The position numbers and the translations under genes were made by a program. From a virus, in the IMG/VR virus record IMGVR_UViG_3300025913_000025, positions 32,001-96,000 of that record: DNA of 64,000 nucleotides, one strand, 5' to 3'. Positions 47,437 to 57,016 of the stretch are shown in pieces. Within the stretch, counting starts at the first letter, position 1; every line of letters starts with the position of its first letter. Under the pieces are notes generated by a model that made no database searches, had not been told where the DNA came from, and saw nothing but the letters and a program-made list of their open reading frames with translations.

Positions 47437-48088
47437 CGCAGGCGAAGCGCTCACGCCTGAGATCGTCGAGGAGATCATCAATGTTCCGCAGACGCGGACC
47501 GAGATGATCGACGAAGACGGGTTCATCTGGGTCCTCGAGACCGGCGAAGTCATTGGCCACGTGAAGGAACGCGAGGTCGTTGAGGACCGATTCAAGATCG
47601 AGTCCACCGAGGCCGCCGAATGGGTTCTTCAACTCCGCTCCGAAGCGGAGGGGAAGGTTCTCGGCCTGGTGGCGAGGAAGGCCGCGCTGATCGAGCAGAT
47701 GGACAAGGTGATCGCGAAGTCCATGCGGAGGATCAGTTATTGGGACTTCCGGTTCCGTGATGAACTGATCGCCTGGGCCCGCACTCAACTGAAAGGCAAG
47801 GAGAAGACGCTTCAACTCGCGTGGGCGTCGATCTCGTTCCGAGAATCGCGGGGATCGAACGTCATTGTCTCGGACGAAGAGGCCTTGCGATACGTCGAGA
47901 CCTACGCGCCCCAACTGGTCAAGGTCAAGCGGTCGGTCGGGATCAAGGAAGTTCTTGAAGCGAAGAAAATCGCCGAGTCGATCACCGATGAGAAGCAAGG
48001 CGAGCTTGGGTTCATGAAGCACACGGGACCGTCTGAGACGGTCAAAATCTCCACCGGAATCTCAATCGAAAGGGACAACAGGTCATGA
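47408..48088 (+). CDS. Gam-like host-nuclease inhibitor
   Basis: FKIESTEAAEWVL, coiled coil, KTLQLAWASISFRES. Confidence 0.65.
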   Translation: MEQEQTPTADAGEALTPEIVEEIINVPQTRTEMIDEDGFIWVLETGEVIGHVKEREVVEDRFKIESTEAAEWVLQLRSEAEGKVLGLVARKAALIEQMDKVIAKSMRRISYWDFRFRDELIAWARTQLKGKEKTLQLAWASISFRESRGSNVIVSDEEALRYVETYAPQLVKVKRSVGIKEVLEAKKIAESITDEKQGELGFMKHTGPSETVKISTGISIERDNRS

Positions 48089-49218
48089 CAGAGTTAGCCG
48101 TTCAAGCGACTCCGGCAGCGCCGCCGATGCAGTTGCGGCAACTGAACGCCATCGAGACGGCGGCAATGACACTCGATTCGTTGTGGTGGCTCGCACAGCG
48201 GGTTGCCGACGGAAAGTTGTTCCCGGGACTCACAAACGACGCGGCCGTCTTCACGCTTATGTGTATCTGTCAGAGCGAGGGGCTTCATCCGATCGAGGCC
48301 CTCCGGCAGTACGACATTGTTGAAGGTCGGCCGGCGATGAAGGCCGCGGCAATTCAGGCCAAGTTCCTCAGTCGCGGCGGCCGGATCAAGATCCTGGTTC
48401 GCACGAACGAAGAGGCGCGGGCCGTCTTCACTCATCCCCAGCTCTGTCCCGATGGATGGGAGAACAGCGTCTCGTTCGCCGACCTTCAGAAGCGAGGGAT
48501 CACGAACGGCCGCGATGGGGTGAAGACCAATTACAAACGTTCACCGGCTGAAATGCTCTGGGCACGCTTGGTCTCCAATTCGATCCGAACAATCGACCCC
48601 GGAATCGTCGTGGGGATCACGAGTTCCGAGGAACTCCGCGACGAGCTCGACAATGATCGCGATGTCCGGTTCGCCCTGCCGATGCAGACGGCGCCGGTTG
48701 AAATTTCGGCAACCTCGGAAGCGGTCACTTCACAGACGCTCGAGGCTCGACTCCCCGGGCAAGACGCGCCGGGCCCGGATTCGCGGACCTATGCGGATGC
48801 CGTGAATTCAGCGATCGTCGCGACCAACCGGCAGATCGAGGAACTGGCGCAGGTCAACGGCGTGGAGGTTCCGCTCAAGATCGCCAAGCCGTCGCCGCAT
48901 AAATTCCTCTTCAACCAACTCATCCAAAACGCCCTGCATCCCGGACCGATGCCGACGAAGCTCGGCGATGCGATCGTCCAACTCGACCAGGCTTACAAGG
49001 CGCGCCGGGACTGGGTGCGGATCACGCTCGGGGCGTTCTTCGCGGAGCAAATGGAAGAGGCGCAGGCGATCGTGGCGAAGCAGGTTCGCGAGCGAGGCGA
49101 GAAGGAGGCGCCGAAGACCGCGGAACCGAAGACGGAGGCAGCGGACGCGGCACCGAATCAGGGATCGCTTCTCGATCTAAATGACGACGTGCGGGGCGAG
49201 GGGCCGGACGACGTTTAA
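48085..49218 (+). CDS. RecT/Redbeta-like ssDNA annealing protein
   Basis: GLHPIEAL..IVEGRPAM, NYKRSPAEMLWAR, GITSSEE. Confidence 0.8.
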   Translation: MTELAVQATPAAPPMQLRQLNAIETAAMTLDSLWWLAQRVADGKLFPGLTNDAAVFTLMCICQSEGLHPIEALRQYDIVEGRPAMKAAAIQAKFLSRGGRIKILVRTNEEARAVFTHPQLCPDGWENSVSFADLQKRGITNGRDGVKTNYKRSPAEMLWARLVSNSIRTIDPGIVVGITSSEELRDELDNDRDVRFALPMQTAPVEISATSEAVTSQTLEARLPGQDAPGPDSRTYADAVNSAIVATNRQIEELAQVNGVEVPLKIAKPSPHKFLFNQLIQNALHPGPMPTKLGDAIVQLDQAYKARRDWVRITLGAFFAEQMEEAQAIVAKQVRERGEKEAPKTAEPKTEAADAAPNQGSLLDLNDDVRGEGPDDV

Positions 49219-49235
49219 CCGGAGACCGATAGCTC

Positions 49236-49772
49236 GTGAATCTTGTGACGTTGAAAGAATTAGCCGAAGAATTCGGCGTCGAGCGGTCGAGTCTCAGAAA
49301 ATGGATCGTCAAGAACGAATTCGCTTCATGCTCCGTTCGCTCCAACGATTCACGCGGTCAACTCTCTCTGGCATTCACGGAAGACATTGCTGAACAGATC
49401 CGCGAAAAGAGACATGCGCAGGGCTTTTGTTTCGAGAAACAATTCCCTGCGGCTGTTTCTAATATTGGCATGTTCTACGCAATCCAGGTCGCGCCCGACC
49501 TGCGTCCTGAGCGCATCAAGCTTGGGTTCGCTACAAATCTCGTTGAGCGTTTGGCGGCCCATCGAACCGCATCGCCGACCGCTTCGGTTCTTCTGGTCTT
49601 TCCTTGCCGTAGAACGTGGGAGTTCGCGGCCATTGACGCAATCACAGATTGCGACTGTATCCCGCTCTCGAATGAGGTGTTCGATTTTCAATCCTTAGAA
49701 GAATTGGCAGTCAGAGCGACTCGGTTCTTCAGCCTCCTGCCCGATCCAAACCGAAAGACTGAACCATCATGA
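49236..49772 (+). CDS. HTH plus GIY-YIG-like (MUG113/T5orf172-like) protein
   Basis: TLKELAEEFGV; FYAIQ..RIKLGFATNLVERL..SP. Confidence 0.65.
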   Translation: MNLVTLKELAEEFGVERSSLRKWIVKNEFASCSVRSNDSRGQLSLAFTEDIAEQIREKRHAQGFCFEKQFPAAVSNIGMFYAIQVAPDLRPERIKLGFATNLVERLAAHRTASPTASVLLVFPCRRTWEFAAIDAITDCDCIPLSNEVFDFQSLEELAVRATRFFSLLPDPNRKTEPS

Positions 49773-49951
49773 ACCGCAAACCCGGCACGTTGTATCACCG
49801 ATTCTGGCGCGCGTTCCAACGCGAGCAAATGAACGCGCGACATCAGCGCCGCGCCAATCGTCGCAAGCTCAAGAGGAGTGCGATCGACAGCGAGAGATTG
49901 CTCCAACGCCTCCTTGCGGACGTCCGCGCTAATCCCGCGACACACCGTTGA
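49769..49951 (+). CDS. small basic protein
   Basis: ATGA coupling. Confidence 0.4.
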   Translation: MNRKPGTLYHRFWRAFQREQMNARHQRRANRRKLKRSAIDSERLLQRLLADVRANPATHR

Positions 49952-49954
49952 TCC

Positions 49955-50087
49955 AAGCCGCCGTCGGAACGATGAGCGGGCCCTAGGCCGGCGACGACTC
50001 GGGCCGTCCGGTTCGCAAACCTGATTCGCCACAGGTACATGACGCAAGATGGCAACTTGCCGAACCCAACGGCACCGACGGCGGTTT
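49955..50087 (+). ncRNA. multibranch structured RNA candidate
   Basis: 13-bp closing stem enclosing about four hairpins. Confidence 0.45.
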
Positions 50088-50131
50088 GCGTTTTCCAAGT
50101 TCCGTCCCTTCTGAAACGAAAGGTCCAGCCG

Positions 50132-50944
50132 ATGAGCCAGGTTGATGAACTGCGCCAGTGCGTGACCGCGTTGCGAGGACTCGCCCAGGGACAATCAGCC
50201 AAGGACATTCTGGACCGCCTGGAGAAGTACCAGGCCGTTCAGGTCGCCGCTTACGACGTGGCCTTACTCAAGCAGCAGCGCGACGCGGCGATCGAGGACA
50301 ACCGGCATCTGGCAAAGCGGGTTCAGCATTACACGGACGCCGAAAAGCTCTGTCCGATGACGACAAGCAAGGAGCAGGTCATCGGCGCCATCAAGAGGTT
50401 CGACCCGTTCACGAAGACTCCGAGCGACACGGCGGCGTTCCTGAACTCGATCGTGCCGATGGTCGAGCGGATCGAGATCGTTTCTGCCGAGACATTGTCC
50501 GAGGAGCACGCGAGAATCGCGGAGCTCGAAGCGGTCCGGGAGAATTTGCTCGAAGCCATCGGGAACATGGAGCGTGAGCTTGCCGAAGCGCGCGGAGTGG
50601 AGATTTCGGACTGGGCAATCCAGGACATCAAGAATCAGCGCCGGGGAAGCGCCAAGGAGATTGACGACGCGGCCGAGATTCCGGTCGCGAAGACCAGCGA
50701 ATTCCCTCCGTCGCTTCTGCGGGATCAATCGTCGGTTCAAGACACGACTCCTGCGCACAGGGATGAACCCTCGCCGGCCGCCGCTCCCAAAGAACTCCAG
50801 AAGTCACCGGCCCGGATGCAGCTCTGGGAACTGGCGATGCTCCGGATACTCGATCCCGGACTTCTCAGTGAGAAGGGTTGGTCCGAACTCGCCGGCTTCC
50901 TGCACGAGCTTTTGATCCGGCAGGAGCACGCCGATGGGATCTGA
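50132..50944 (+). CDS. coiled-coil hypothetical protein
   Basis: ATG after AAAGG. Confidence 0.6.
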   Translation: MSQVDELRQCVTALRGLAQGQSAKDILDRLEKYQAVQVAAYDVALLKQQRDAAIEDNRHLAKRVQHYTDAEKLCPMTTSKEQVIGAIKRFDPFTKTPSDTAAFLNSIVPMVERIEIVSAETLSEEHARIAELEAVRENLLEAIGNMERELAEARGVEISDWAIQDIKNQRRGSAKEIDDAAEIPVAKTSEFPPSLLRDQSSVQDTTPAHRDEPSPAAAPKELQKSPARMQLWELAMLRILDPGLLSEKGWSELAGFLHELLIRQEHADGI

Positions 50945-51425
50945 TCCCAAGCGGACGCCGATCATTTTCTTGGACATCGACGGCGTCTTGAATTCCGGGT
51001 TCCTGCATCCCAAGCTTCATTACGCGACGATTGATCCAGTGCTCGCGCGGCGACTTGGAATGATCCTGGAGGAGACTGATGCGCGGATCGTTCTGATATC
51101 GGCCTGGCGCTACCTGGTCCACGGAGGATCAATGACGCTCAGCGGACTCCGGGCTCTTTTCCTCTCACATTGGATCGATGGTACGAAGATCATCGACATC
51201 ACGCGCAAGGACGCGACTAAGACCCGCTCTGACCGCGGACCGCAGATCAGCGAATGGCTCTCGGCAAATCCTGAGCGCGTTTCCCGCTACCTTGTGATCG
51301 ACAACATGGATCTCGAGGTCACGGCCTGCGGGCATCCGCTCATACTGGTCGATGGAAGTATCGGACTCACCGACAGCAATGTCGCGCAGGCGATTTTCTT
51401 TCTGAAAGAAGGGGTTCATCCATGA
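50934..51425 (+). CDS. HAD-superfamily phosphatase (HAD_SAK-like)
   Basis: IFLDIDGVLN, IVLISAWR, RGPQISEWL, YLVID. Confidence 0.88.
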   Translation: MGSDPKRTPIIFLDIDGVLNSGFLHPKLHYATIDPVLARRLGMILEETDARIVLISAWRYLVHGGSMTLSGLRALFLSHWIDGTKIIDITRKDATKTRSDRGPQISEWLSANPERVSRYLVIDNMDLEVTACGHPLILVDGSIGLTDSNVAQAIFFLKEGVHP

Positions 51426-51685
51426 AGACGCTTGAGGAGTTCTGGAAGGAATGGCGCGACGACGTTCTCGAGGACAAACTGTCTCCCGAGATGATCGAGA
51501 TCGCAAAGGGCGCGTTCTTCGGCGGGGCCATGGCAATGCTTGCGAGAGCCTCTGAGCTTCAGCCTGGAGATACGTTACCCTCCAGATACATCACGGAGTC
51601 CTATGGAGAAATCTCGGCCTACACGGTCGTTTTGGCGCGACGAATCGCGGATGATAAATTCCGTGACCAGCTCGAGACGATCTGA
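51422..51685 (+). CDS. hypothetical protein
   Basis: AFFGGA motif; coupled. Confidence 0.6.
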   Translation: MKTLEEFWKEWRDDVLEDKLSPEMIEIAKGAFFGGAMAMLARASELQPGDTLPSRYITESYGEISAYTVVLARRIADDKFRDQLETI

Positions 51686-51749
51686 CTGACGACACGCCAG
51701 GCCGTCCCCCTCGACTCCGATGCCCTGTCCCGAACGAGCGCGTTCCCCA

Positions 51750-52760
51750 ATGCGATGGTTCCGGTTTTACCACGACTGGCCGTTCGATCCGAGGATCCGC
51801 GGACTGCGCCCCGAATTGTTTCGGGCCTGGGTCGAGATCCTCTGTCTGGCGAGTAAGCAAGAGCCCCGGGGAACCCTCCCTCCGGTGCCCGAAATCGCGC
51901 TTGCTTTGAGGATGAGAAAGGATCATGTGGAGCGTTACATCGGCGACTTAGTCGCTCTTGATCTCCTTCAAAGAAGCGACTCAGGAGCGATTGAAGACCC
52001 TCACTGGTCCTCTTTACAAGCCGATAGCGATACCTCTACCAAACGTGTAAAACGCCACAGGGAAAGGACTTCGGGCGACTACAAAACTAGCCGTGAAACG
52101 GTCTCACGAAACGGCCATTCGCGCGCGCCCGCGTCTGAGATTAGAGATAGAGAAAGAGGAGAGGAGAGAGAATCCCCCCTCCCCCTTCACGTTTCGACGC
52201 CAGCGGAAAAACCAGACCGGGAGCCGTTCGATCCGGGAGACGACGGGGACGAAATCGCGACGGTTCCCGAGCCTCCCAAGCGCAATCCGATCGATCAGGC
52301 TGATCTCGACAAGGCAATCGCGCTGCTCAAGGCCGATCACCGGACCTTCGACGTCGCCGCGCATCTGTCCAGGTACCACGCATTGCCGATCAACATGCGG
52401 ATCGAGGGCTGGCAATGGCTTCTGGCCGCCGAAGTGATGACCGGCCCGGGCCTCGACGATAGCAAGCGCGGGAGCTTCCCCTACCTGATCGGGGTCGCCA
52501 AGACCAAAACGCCGAGAGACCGGGTTCCGGCGATCCGCAGCATGGCGAACCGCGGGCCCCTGCCGCGCGGCGCGCAGCCATTCCCCGAACCCGCGCAGGA
52601 TTTCCACACGGCATCTGCAGAGGATCGAGAGCGGCTGAACCGGCTCTATGAGAGCTCTCGGAGGATCAACCAGAAGAAAAACGAGGAGTTTCAAAGGCAA
52701 CGGGCTGAAGCTCTGAGATCTCACGACCGTCTCGGCGCTCCGTCGGGGGACGCGGAATGA
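51750..52760 (+). CDS. replication initiator-like protein
   Basis: WFRFYHD..DP..LCLAS..G; STKRVKRHRER; directly upstream of DnaB. Confidence 0.75.
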   Translation: MRWFRFYHDWPFDPRIRGLRPELFRAWVEILCLASKQEPRGTLPPVPEIALALRMRKDHVERYIGDLVALDLLQRSDSGAIEDPHWSSLQADSDTSTKRVKRHRERTSGDYKTSRETVSRNGHSRAPASEIRDRERGEERESPLPLHVSTPAEKPDREPFDPGDDGDEIATVPEPPKRNPIDQADLDKAIALLKADHRTFDVAAHLSRYHALPINMRIEGWQWLLAAEVMTGPGLDDSKRGSFPYLIGVAKTKTPRDRVPAIRSMANRGPLPRGAQPFPEPAQDFHTASAEDRERLNRLYESSRRINQKKNEEFQRQRAEALRSHDRLGAPSGDAE

Positions 52761-54148
52761 GCTCCCGCGAGGCGCTCCCGGCAGAGAACGGCAAGGCCGA
52801 CTTCAAGTTCCGGATGCCGCCCCATAGCATACCGCTCGAGCAAGGAGTTCTCGGCGCACTCATGATCGATAACTCCCTGATGCACGTAATCGCGCAAGTG
52901 CTTACTGTCACGGACTTTTATCGTGATTCGCATCAGGTGATTTACGGCACGATCAAACGTCGCTACGAGGCGAACAAGGGATTCGATCTCCATCTTGTCT
53001 GCGAGGACCTGGAACGATCGGGGGAGCTCGCCGGGATCGGCGGAAGCCACTACCTCTACGAAATCGTTAGCGGGGAAGGTGCGTTGACCTGGCATGCTCT
53101 GGAGTATGCGGCGATCGTCAAGGATAAATCGATCAAGCGGCAACTGATCGTTGCGGCAAACCGGCTACTTCATGAGTCTTACGCCGAAGCTCATGACAGC
53201 CAGGTCGTTCTTGGGATGACTGGTCGGGATCTTCTCGAAATTCAGCATCAGATGACCGGCTCAAGCCTGAAGACAGGCGAGCAAGTCACGGAAGAGGCGA
53301 TCAAGTACATCGATCGCCGGCTTGCGGGCGAGGTCACGGGGATCATGACGGGATTCACCGACATCGACGATGCGACGGATGGCTTCCAGGACGGGGAGAT
53401 GATCGTTCTCGCGGCTCGGCCGTCACAAGGGAAGAGCGCGCTCGGGATGAACATTGCCGAGAACGTGGCGCTTCAGGGCGGAGTGACGACGCTCTTTATC
53501 TCGCTCGAAATGAAGTCGCGATCCCTGGGGCTCCGGCTTCTGGCTTCGAACTCTCAGATCGATTCCAAACTGTTCCGGAAGCCGGACAGTCTCAGCGCCG
53601 ATCAATTTTCGGCGATCGACCAGGCCCACGCGTTCGTCAGCAGCGGTCGGCTCTGGATCGATGACAAGGGAGGTCGCACGGTCGATCAAATTGCGGCCCA
53701 GTGCCGTTCGCTGAAGATGACCGAGAACCTGGGATTCGTGGTGCTCGATTACCTCGGGCGCGTCCAGCCGTCCTACCGGCGCGATGAGAACCGGACGGCC
53801 GAGGTCGGCAGGATCTCGACGGCAATCTCGGACCTGGCTAAAGAGCTCAATATCCCATTCCTGATTCTCCACCAGCTCAACCGTGCGAGTGAGAACCGCG
53901 ACGACCGACGCCCGCGGATCTCCGACCTGCGTGATAGCGGAGTCATCGAGCAAGATGCGGACGTCGTGATGCTCCTTCACCGAGCTTGTGTCTACAACCC
54001 GGAAGACCGCCCGGGTGAGGCCGATGTCAACATCGTCAAGAACCGCAACGGCGAGCCAAGACCGGTTCGTCTGGCCTTCCTGAAACACCTCACCAAGTTC
54101 GGCAACCTGGCCTATTCCGGGACCGATTATTCTGGGGACTGGAGTTAG
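52757..54148 (+). CDS. dnaB: replicative DNA helicase
   Basis: PPHSIPLEQGVLG, AARPSQGKS, SLEM, LDYL, QLNR, DLRDSGVIEQDAD, KNRNG. Confidence 0.97.
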   Translation: MSSREALPAENGKADFKFRMPPHSIPLEQGVLGALMIDNSLMHVIAQVLTVTDFYRDSHQVIYGTIKRRYEANKGFDLHLVCEDLERSGELAGIGGSHYLYEIVSGEGALTWHALEYAAIVKDKSIKRQLIVAANRLLHESYAEAHDSQVVLGMTGRDLLEIQHQMTGSSLKTGEQVTEEAIKYIDRRLAGEVTGIMTGFTDIDDATDGFQDGEMIVLAARPSQGKSALGMNIAENVALQGGVTTLFISLEMKSRSLGLRLLASNSQIDSKLFRKPDSLSADQFSAIDQAHAFVSSGRLWIDDKGGRTVDQIAAQCRSLKMTENLGFVVLDYLGRVQPSYRRDENRTAEVGRISTAISDLAKELNIPFLILHQLNRASENRDDRRPRISDLRDSGVIEQDADVVMLLHRACVYNPEDRPGEADVNIVKNRNGEPRPVRLAFLKHLTKFGNLAYSGTDYSGDWS

Positions 54149-54172
54149 CTTTTTTCCTGGGAGGAGGCATCG

Positions 54173-54616
54173 ATGATTCGCGATCCGGTTGGTTTCATGA
54201 AGCGGATGGCCAAGCATCTTCTCGAGTGCAAGCCGGGCCGCGAGGCACAGACGATGCGAATGGTTGCCTTGCATCTGAGCAGCTACGCGGAGGCGCTCAA
54301 TGCGGAGGCTATCGCGCGGATCGAGACGTCGATCATGGATGCACACGTCAAAGAGATGCGTAAATCGCTCAGCAGCAAAGACTTGATACTCGAGGGAATC
54401 ATCCTGTCACCTCAGATCGGCGACCCGCGGATTGCCACGATTCCCCCGCGCACCGAGCTTGGTAACTGCATGGATTGTGGGCAGGCAGTATGGATTGTTG
54501 AGATCGATGATGATATTCGGGAGAAATACAACCCAAAACCGGTTTGTCCGGCTTGCATAAGACAGAGGTTCCCCGGTATAGTCCTGCTCGGCGGCGACGT
54601 TGAGCCGCGCGGTTGA
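54173..54616 (+). CDS. Zn-binding hypothetical protein
   Basis: CMDC..CPAC; SD GGAGGAGG. Confidence 0.6.
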   Translation: MIRDPVGFMKRMAKHLLECKPGREAQTMRMVALHLSSYAEALNAEAIARIETSIMDAHVKEMRKSLSSKDLILEGIILSPQIGDPRIATIPPRTELGNCMDCGQAVWIVEIDDDIREKYNPKPVCPACIRQRFPGIVLLGGDVEPRG

Positions 54617-54649
54617 CGCACGATACGTTTGCACGCGAGTCAGACTGGT

Positions 54650-54964
54650 ATGTCTCAATACGTAGGTCCATGCGCTGAAACGTACCTCAACTTCCGTCCC
54701 AAGGAGGTCTACACCTCGACTGAAATTGCTGCGCTCTTGGGAATGAGTCCCGGCGCGACAGTGCGGGCGATGGACTCGGGAGCGATTCCTTCACGGAGGA
54801 TCCCTGGTTCGCGACACAGGAGGACTGACCACGCGGATCTTGTAAAATGGCTCCGCAACTCGCCCGCTCGGCAAAAGACCCTGGAGCGCCTGGAGTGGGC
54901 GGAAAAATTGATGTCGCGCGCGAATTCCGCAGTCACCTTGGAGACGACCGATGGGCAATCGTGA
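54650..54964 (+). CDS. excisionase-like HTH protein
   Basis: YTSTEIAALLGMSPGATVRAMDSG..RIPGSRHRR. Confidence 0.75.
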   Translation: MSQYVGPCAETYLNFRPKEVYTSTEIAALLGMSPGATVRAMDSGAIPSRRIPGSRHRRTDHADLVKWLRNSPARQKTLERLEWAEKLMSRANSAVTLETTDGQS

Positions 54965-55307
54965 GACCGTCGAATTGAGCCTGGAGACGCTGGCCGAACT
55001 CGACGGCGGCATCGTCAACGCGATCGTCGCGGACCTGCAGACCAAGGCCGCGATCGATTGCATGAACCGGCCCGAGGAAAGCAAGCCTCGGACCATCAAC
55101 GTTCAGCTCGAATACACTCCCGTCTTCGAGCGCGGCGAGTGTGTCGACGTCAACGTTCAGGTGCTCGTGAAGGCGGCACAACCCGTCAGCCGGACCCGGG
55201 TGTACCGGGTTGGAGTCAAGCGGAACGGCCGGCTGTTCTTCGCGCCCGAGAACCCCGACGACATCGGCCAGCGGGGACTCGACTTCGACGACAAGAAGGA
55301 CAAATGA
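54951..55307 (+). CDS. YfdP-like phage protein
   Basis: LAELDGG..KPRTINVQL; paired with next gene. Confidence 0.55.
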   Translation: MGNRETVELSLETLAELDGGIVNAIVADLQTKAAIDCMNRPEESKPRTINVQLEYTPVFERGECVDVNVQVLVKAAQPVSRTRVYRVGVKRNGRLFFAPENPDDIGQRGLDFDDKKDK

Positions 55308-56065
55308 TGGACCTGAAAGCCGCGATCGAATACGTGGTGGGGCTGGCTATATCGAAGCCGATCGAGATTCACTCATCGGCCACCGAGAAAATCTTCCTTC
55401 ACGACGGCGAGTCAGTGACCGTCGAACTTCCGATCACGCCGCGGCGACACGTCGCGCGAACGCTCGACGACATCATCGCGCTTGCCAACCTGTTCAAGGC
55501 GGACGGGTACACGCCGGTCGTCTGGTACGACGAAGGCAAGGTCTGCGTGGTGTTCGACGACGTTGAGTCGCGCCAGAATTTTGCCGCGATGCCGCTTCAT
55601 AGGTCGGCGGTCTTTGATACGGTCAACTCGCTGGCCTCGGGAACATGGTTGAACCAGGTCCATTTTATCCGTCTGCTCCGCGTCGAGCTTCACGGCGCGC
55701 AGACGCCGGTGCAACTCCTGAACCTGGTCCGCGACGTTGTGTTCGAGAATGGCACGATGACCAGCCAGAAGATCGGTCGGCAGGATGAGTCGGTCAGCCG
55801 CGCGATCAAGGCCTCGGTCACGACGCAGGCCGGTGACATCCCCGAGGAGATCACGCTTCAACTGCCGATCTACTCCAACCCGAACGAGACGGATTCTTAC
55901 CCGGTCCTCTGCGCGATCGACATCAAGCCGAAGGAGGGACTGTTCCAGTTGATCCCGCTTCCGGATCGGATTCAGGCCGCGGTCAACGCGAAGATGAACC
56001 AGATCCGCGGGCGGCTGGCCGAGGGCCTCCAGGAAGGAATTCCATTCTATTACGGTGCCCCGTGA
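55304..56065 (+). CDS. YfdQ/DUF2303-like phage protein
   Basis: TLDDII, WLNQVHFIRLL, IPEEITLQLPIY, PFYYGAP. Confidence 0.65.
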   Translation: MMDLKAAIEYVVGLAISKPIEIHSSATEKIFLHDGESVTVELPITPRRHVARTLDDIIALANLFKADGYTPVVWYDEGKVCVVFDDVESRQNFAAMPLHRSAVFDTVNSLASGTWLNQVHFIRLLRVELHGAQTPVQLLNLVRDVVFENGTMTSQKIGRQDESVSRAIKASVTTQAGDIPEEITLQLPIYSNPNETDSYPVLCAIDIKPKEGLFQLIPLPDRIQAAVNAKMNQIRGRLAEGLQEGIPFYYGAP

Positions 56066-56433
56066 CGACCGTCGTGAAGGTCACACGCGCGAACCGGGAT
56101 GAGCTCCGAGCGAATCCCCTCTTCACCTGGGTCGGCCGCCCATGCGGTCGTCTCGGGATGAAAGGTTCGCTGTTCGGGAATCCCTGGGTCGTCGGCATGA
56201 TGTGGAACGGGCAGATTATCACGGCGGGCGAGGCCGTGAGGAAATTCGACCGCTTGCTCGAACCCGGAAATCCCGACATGAAGGCCGCGGCGATCCGCGC
56301 GAACCTGTATAAGCTCCGGGGCCGCGTGCTAGGATGTGTGTGCTGTGACTATGATGGCCATGGTGAGCCGTCCAAACCTTGTCACGCGGTCAGCCTGGCA
56401 AGGGCAGTCGATGCGATGGAGCTCGAAGACTAA
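56062..56433 (+). CDS. DUF4326-family protein
   Basis: VGRP..SLFGNPW, LRGRVLGCVC..PCHAVSL. Confidence 0.85.
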   Translation: MTTVVKVTRANRDELRANPLFTWVGRPCGRLGMKGSLFGNPWVVGMMWNGQIITAGEAVRKFDRLLEPGNPDMKAAAIRANLYKLRGRVLGCVCCDYDGHGEPSKPCHAVSLARAVDAMELED

Positions 56434-56454
56434 CAGAACACGGGAGGAACTCCG

Positions 56455-56805
56455 GTGCATCTCAACGTCGAGATCAGCGCGATCGCCGAATCGATTCGCG
56501 AAGCCGCCCGTCCCGATCGGGACAAATCCATCCCCTCCGAACAACTCTATGGACCCATCATCCGCGCGATGGCGCGGCTTGCAGACAAGTTGATGCGATT
56601 GAACATGATCGGCAAGTCCGAGCGGACGATGCGTCTTATCCAGAACCTCCGCGCGGGCATTTACCAGGACAGTGTTCATCCGCGGCTGATCTCTTGCTAC
56701 GCAGAAGCCACGATTGCTGAACTCTCCTGGATCGCCAGTGAGATCCGCACTCGCGAAGAGGCGATGTCGCCGACGCTCGGCGGCGCTGAGCTGGCCATCG
56801 GATAA
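56455..56805 (+). CDS. hypothetical protein
   Basis: SD GGAGG. Confidence 0.55.
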   Translation: MHLNVEISAIAESIREAARPDRDKSIPSEQLYGPIIRAMARLADKLMRLNMIGKSERTMRLIQNLRAGIYQDSVHPRLISCYAEATIAELSWIASEIRTREEAMSPTLGGAELAIG

Positions 56806-56966
56806 CCGGGATTCCGACCAATGATTCATGGCCTCACGGCCACGAATCATTGGATGCTCGAAACGTGAACCGGTCGCTTTCCGAGACCGGTGAGCATGGC
56901 TTCTCGGGGACAAGAGACGACCCCCGGGGCGAGGAAGGCCATTCAGCCGGCCGACCTTGGTTTGTG

Positions 56967-57007
56967 ATGGGGCGCCTGGCCTGCAACCGGGCGCCCCATT
57001 TCTTTCT
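56967..57007 (+). terminator. intrinsic terminator immediately before MTase RBS
   Basis: ATGGGGCGCCTGG/CCGGGCGCCCCAT plus TTCTTTCT. Confidence 0.6.
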
Positions 57008-57016
57008 GGAGGCAAG

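Noticed and set aside
47215-54964. Integration module implied by excisionase-like HTH genes
   Set aside because: No integrase or att site visible; lifestyle cannot be determined from this window.
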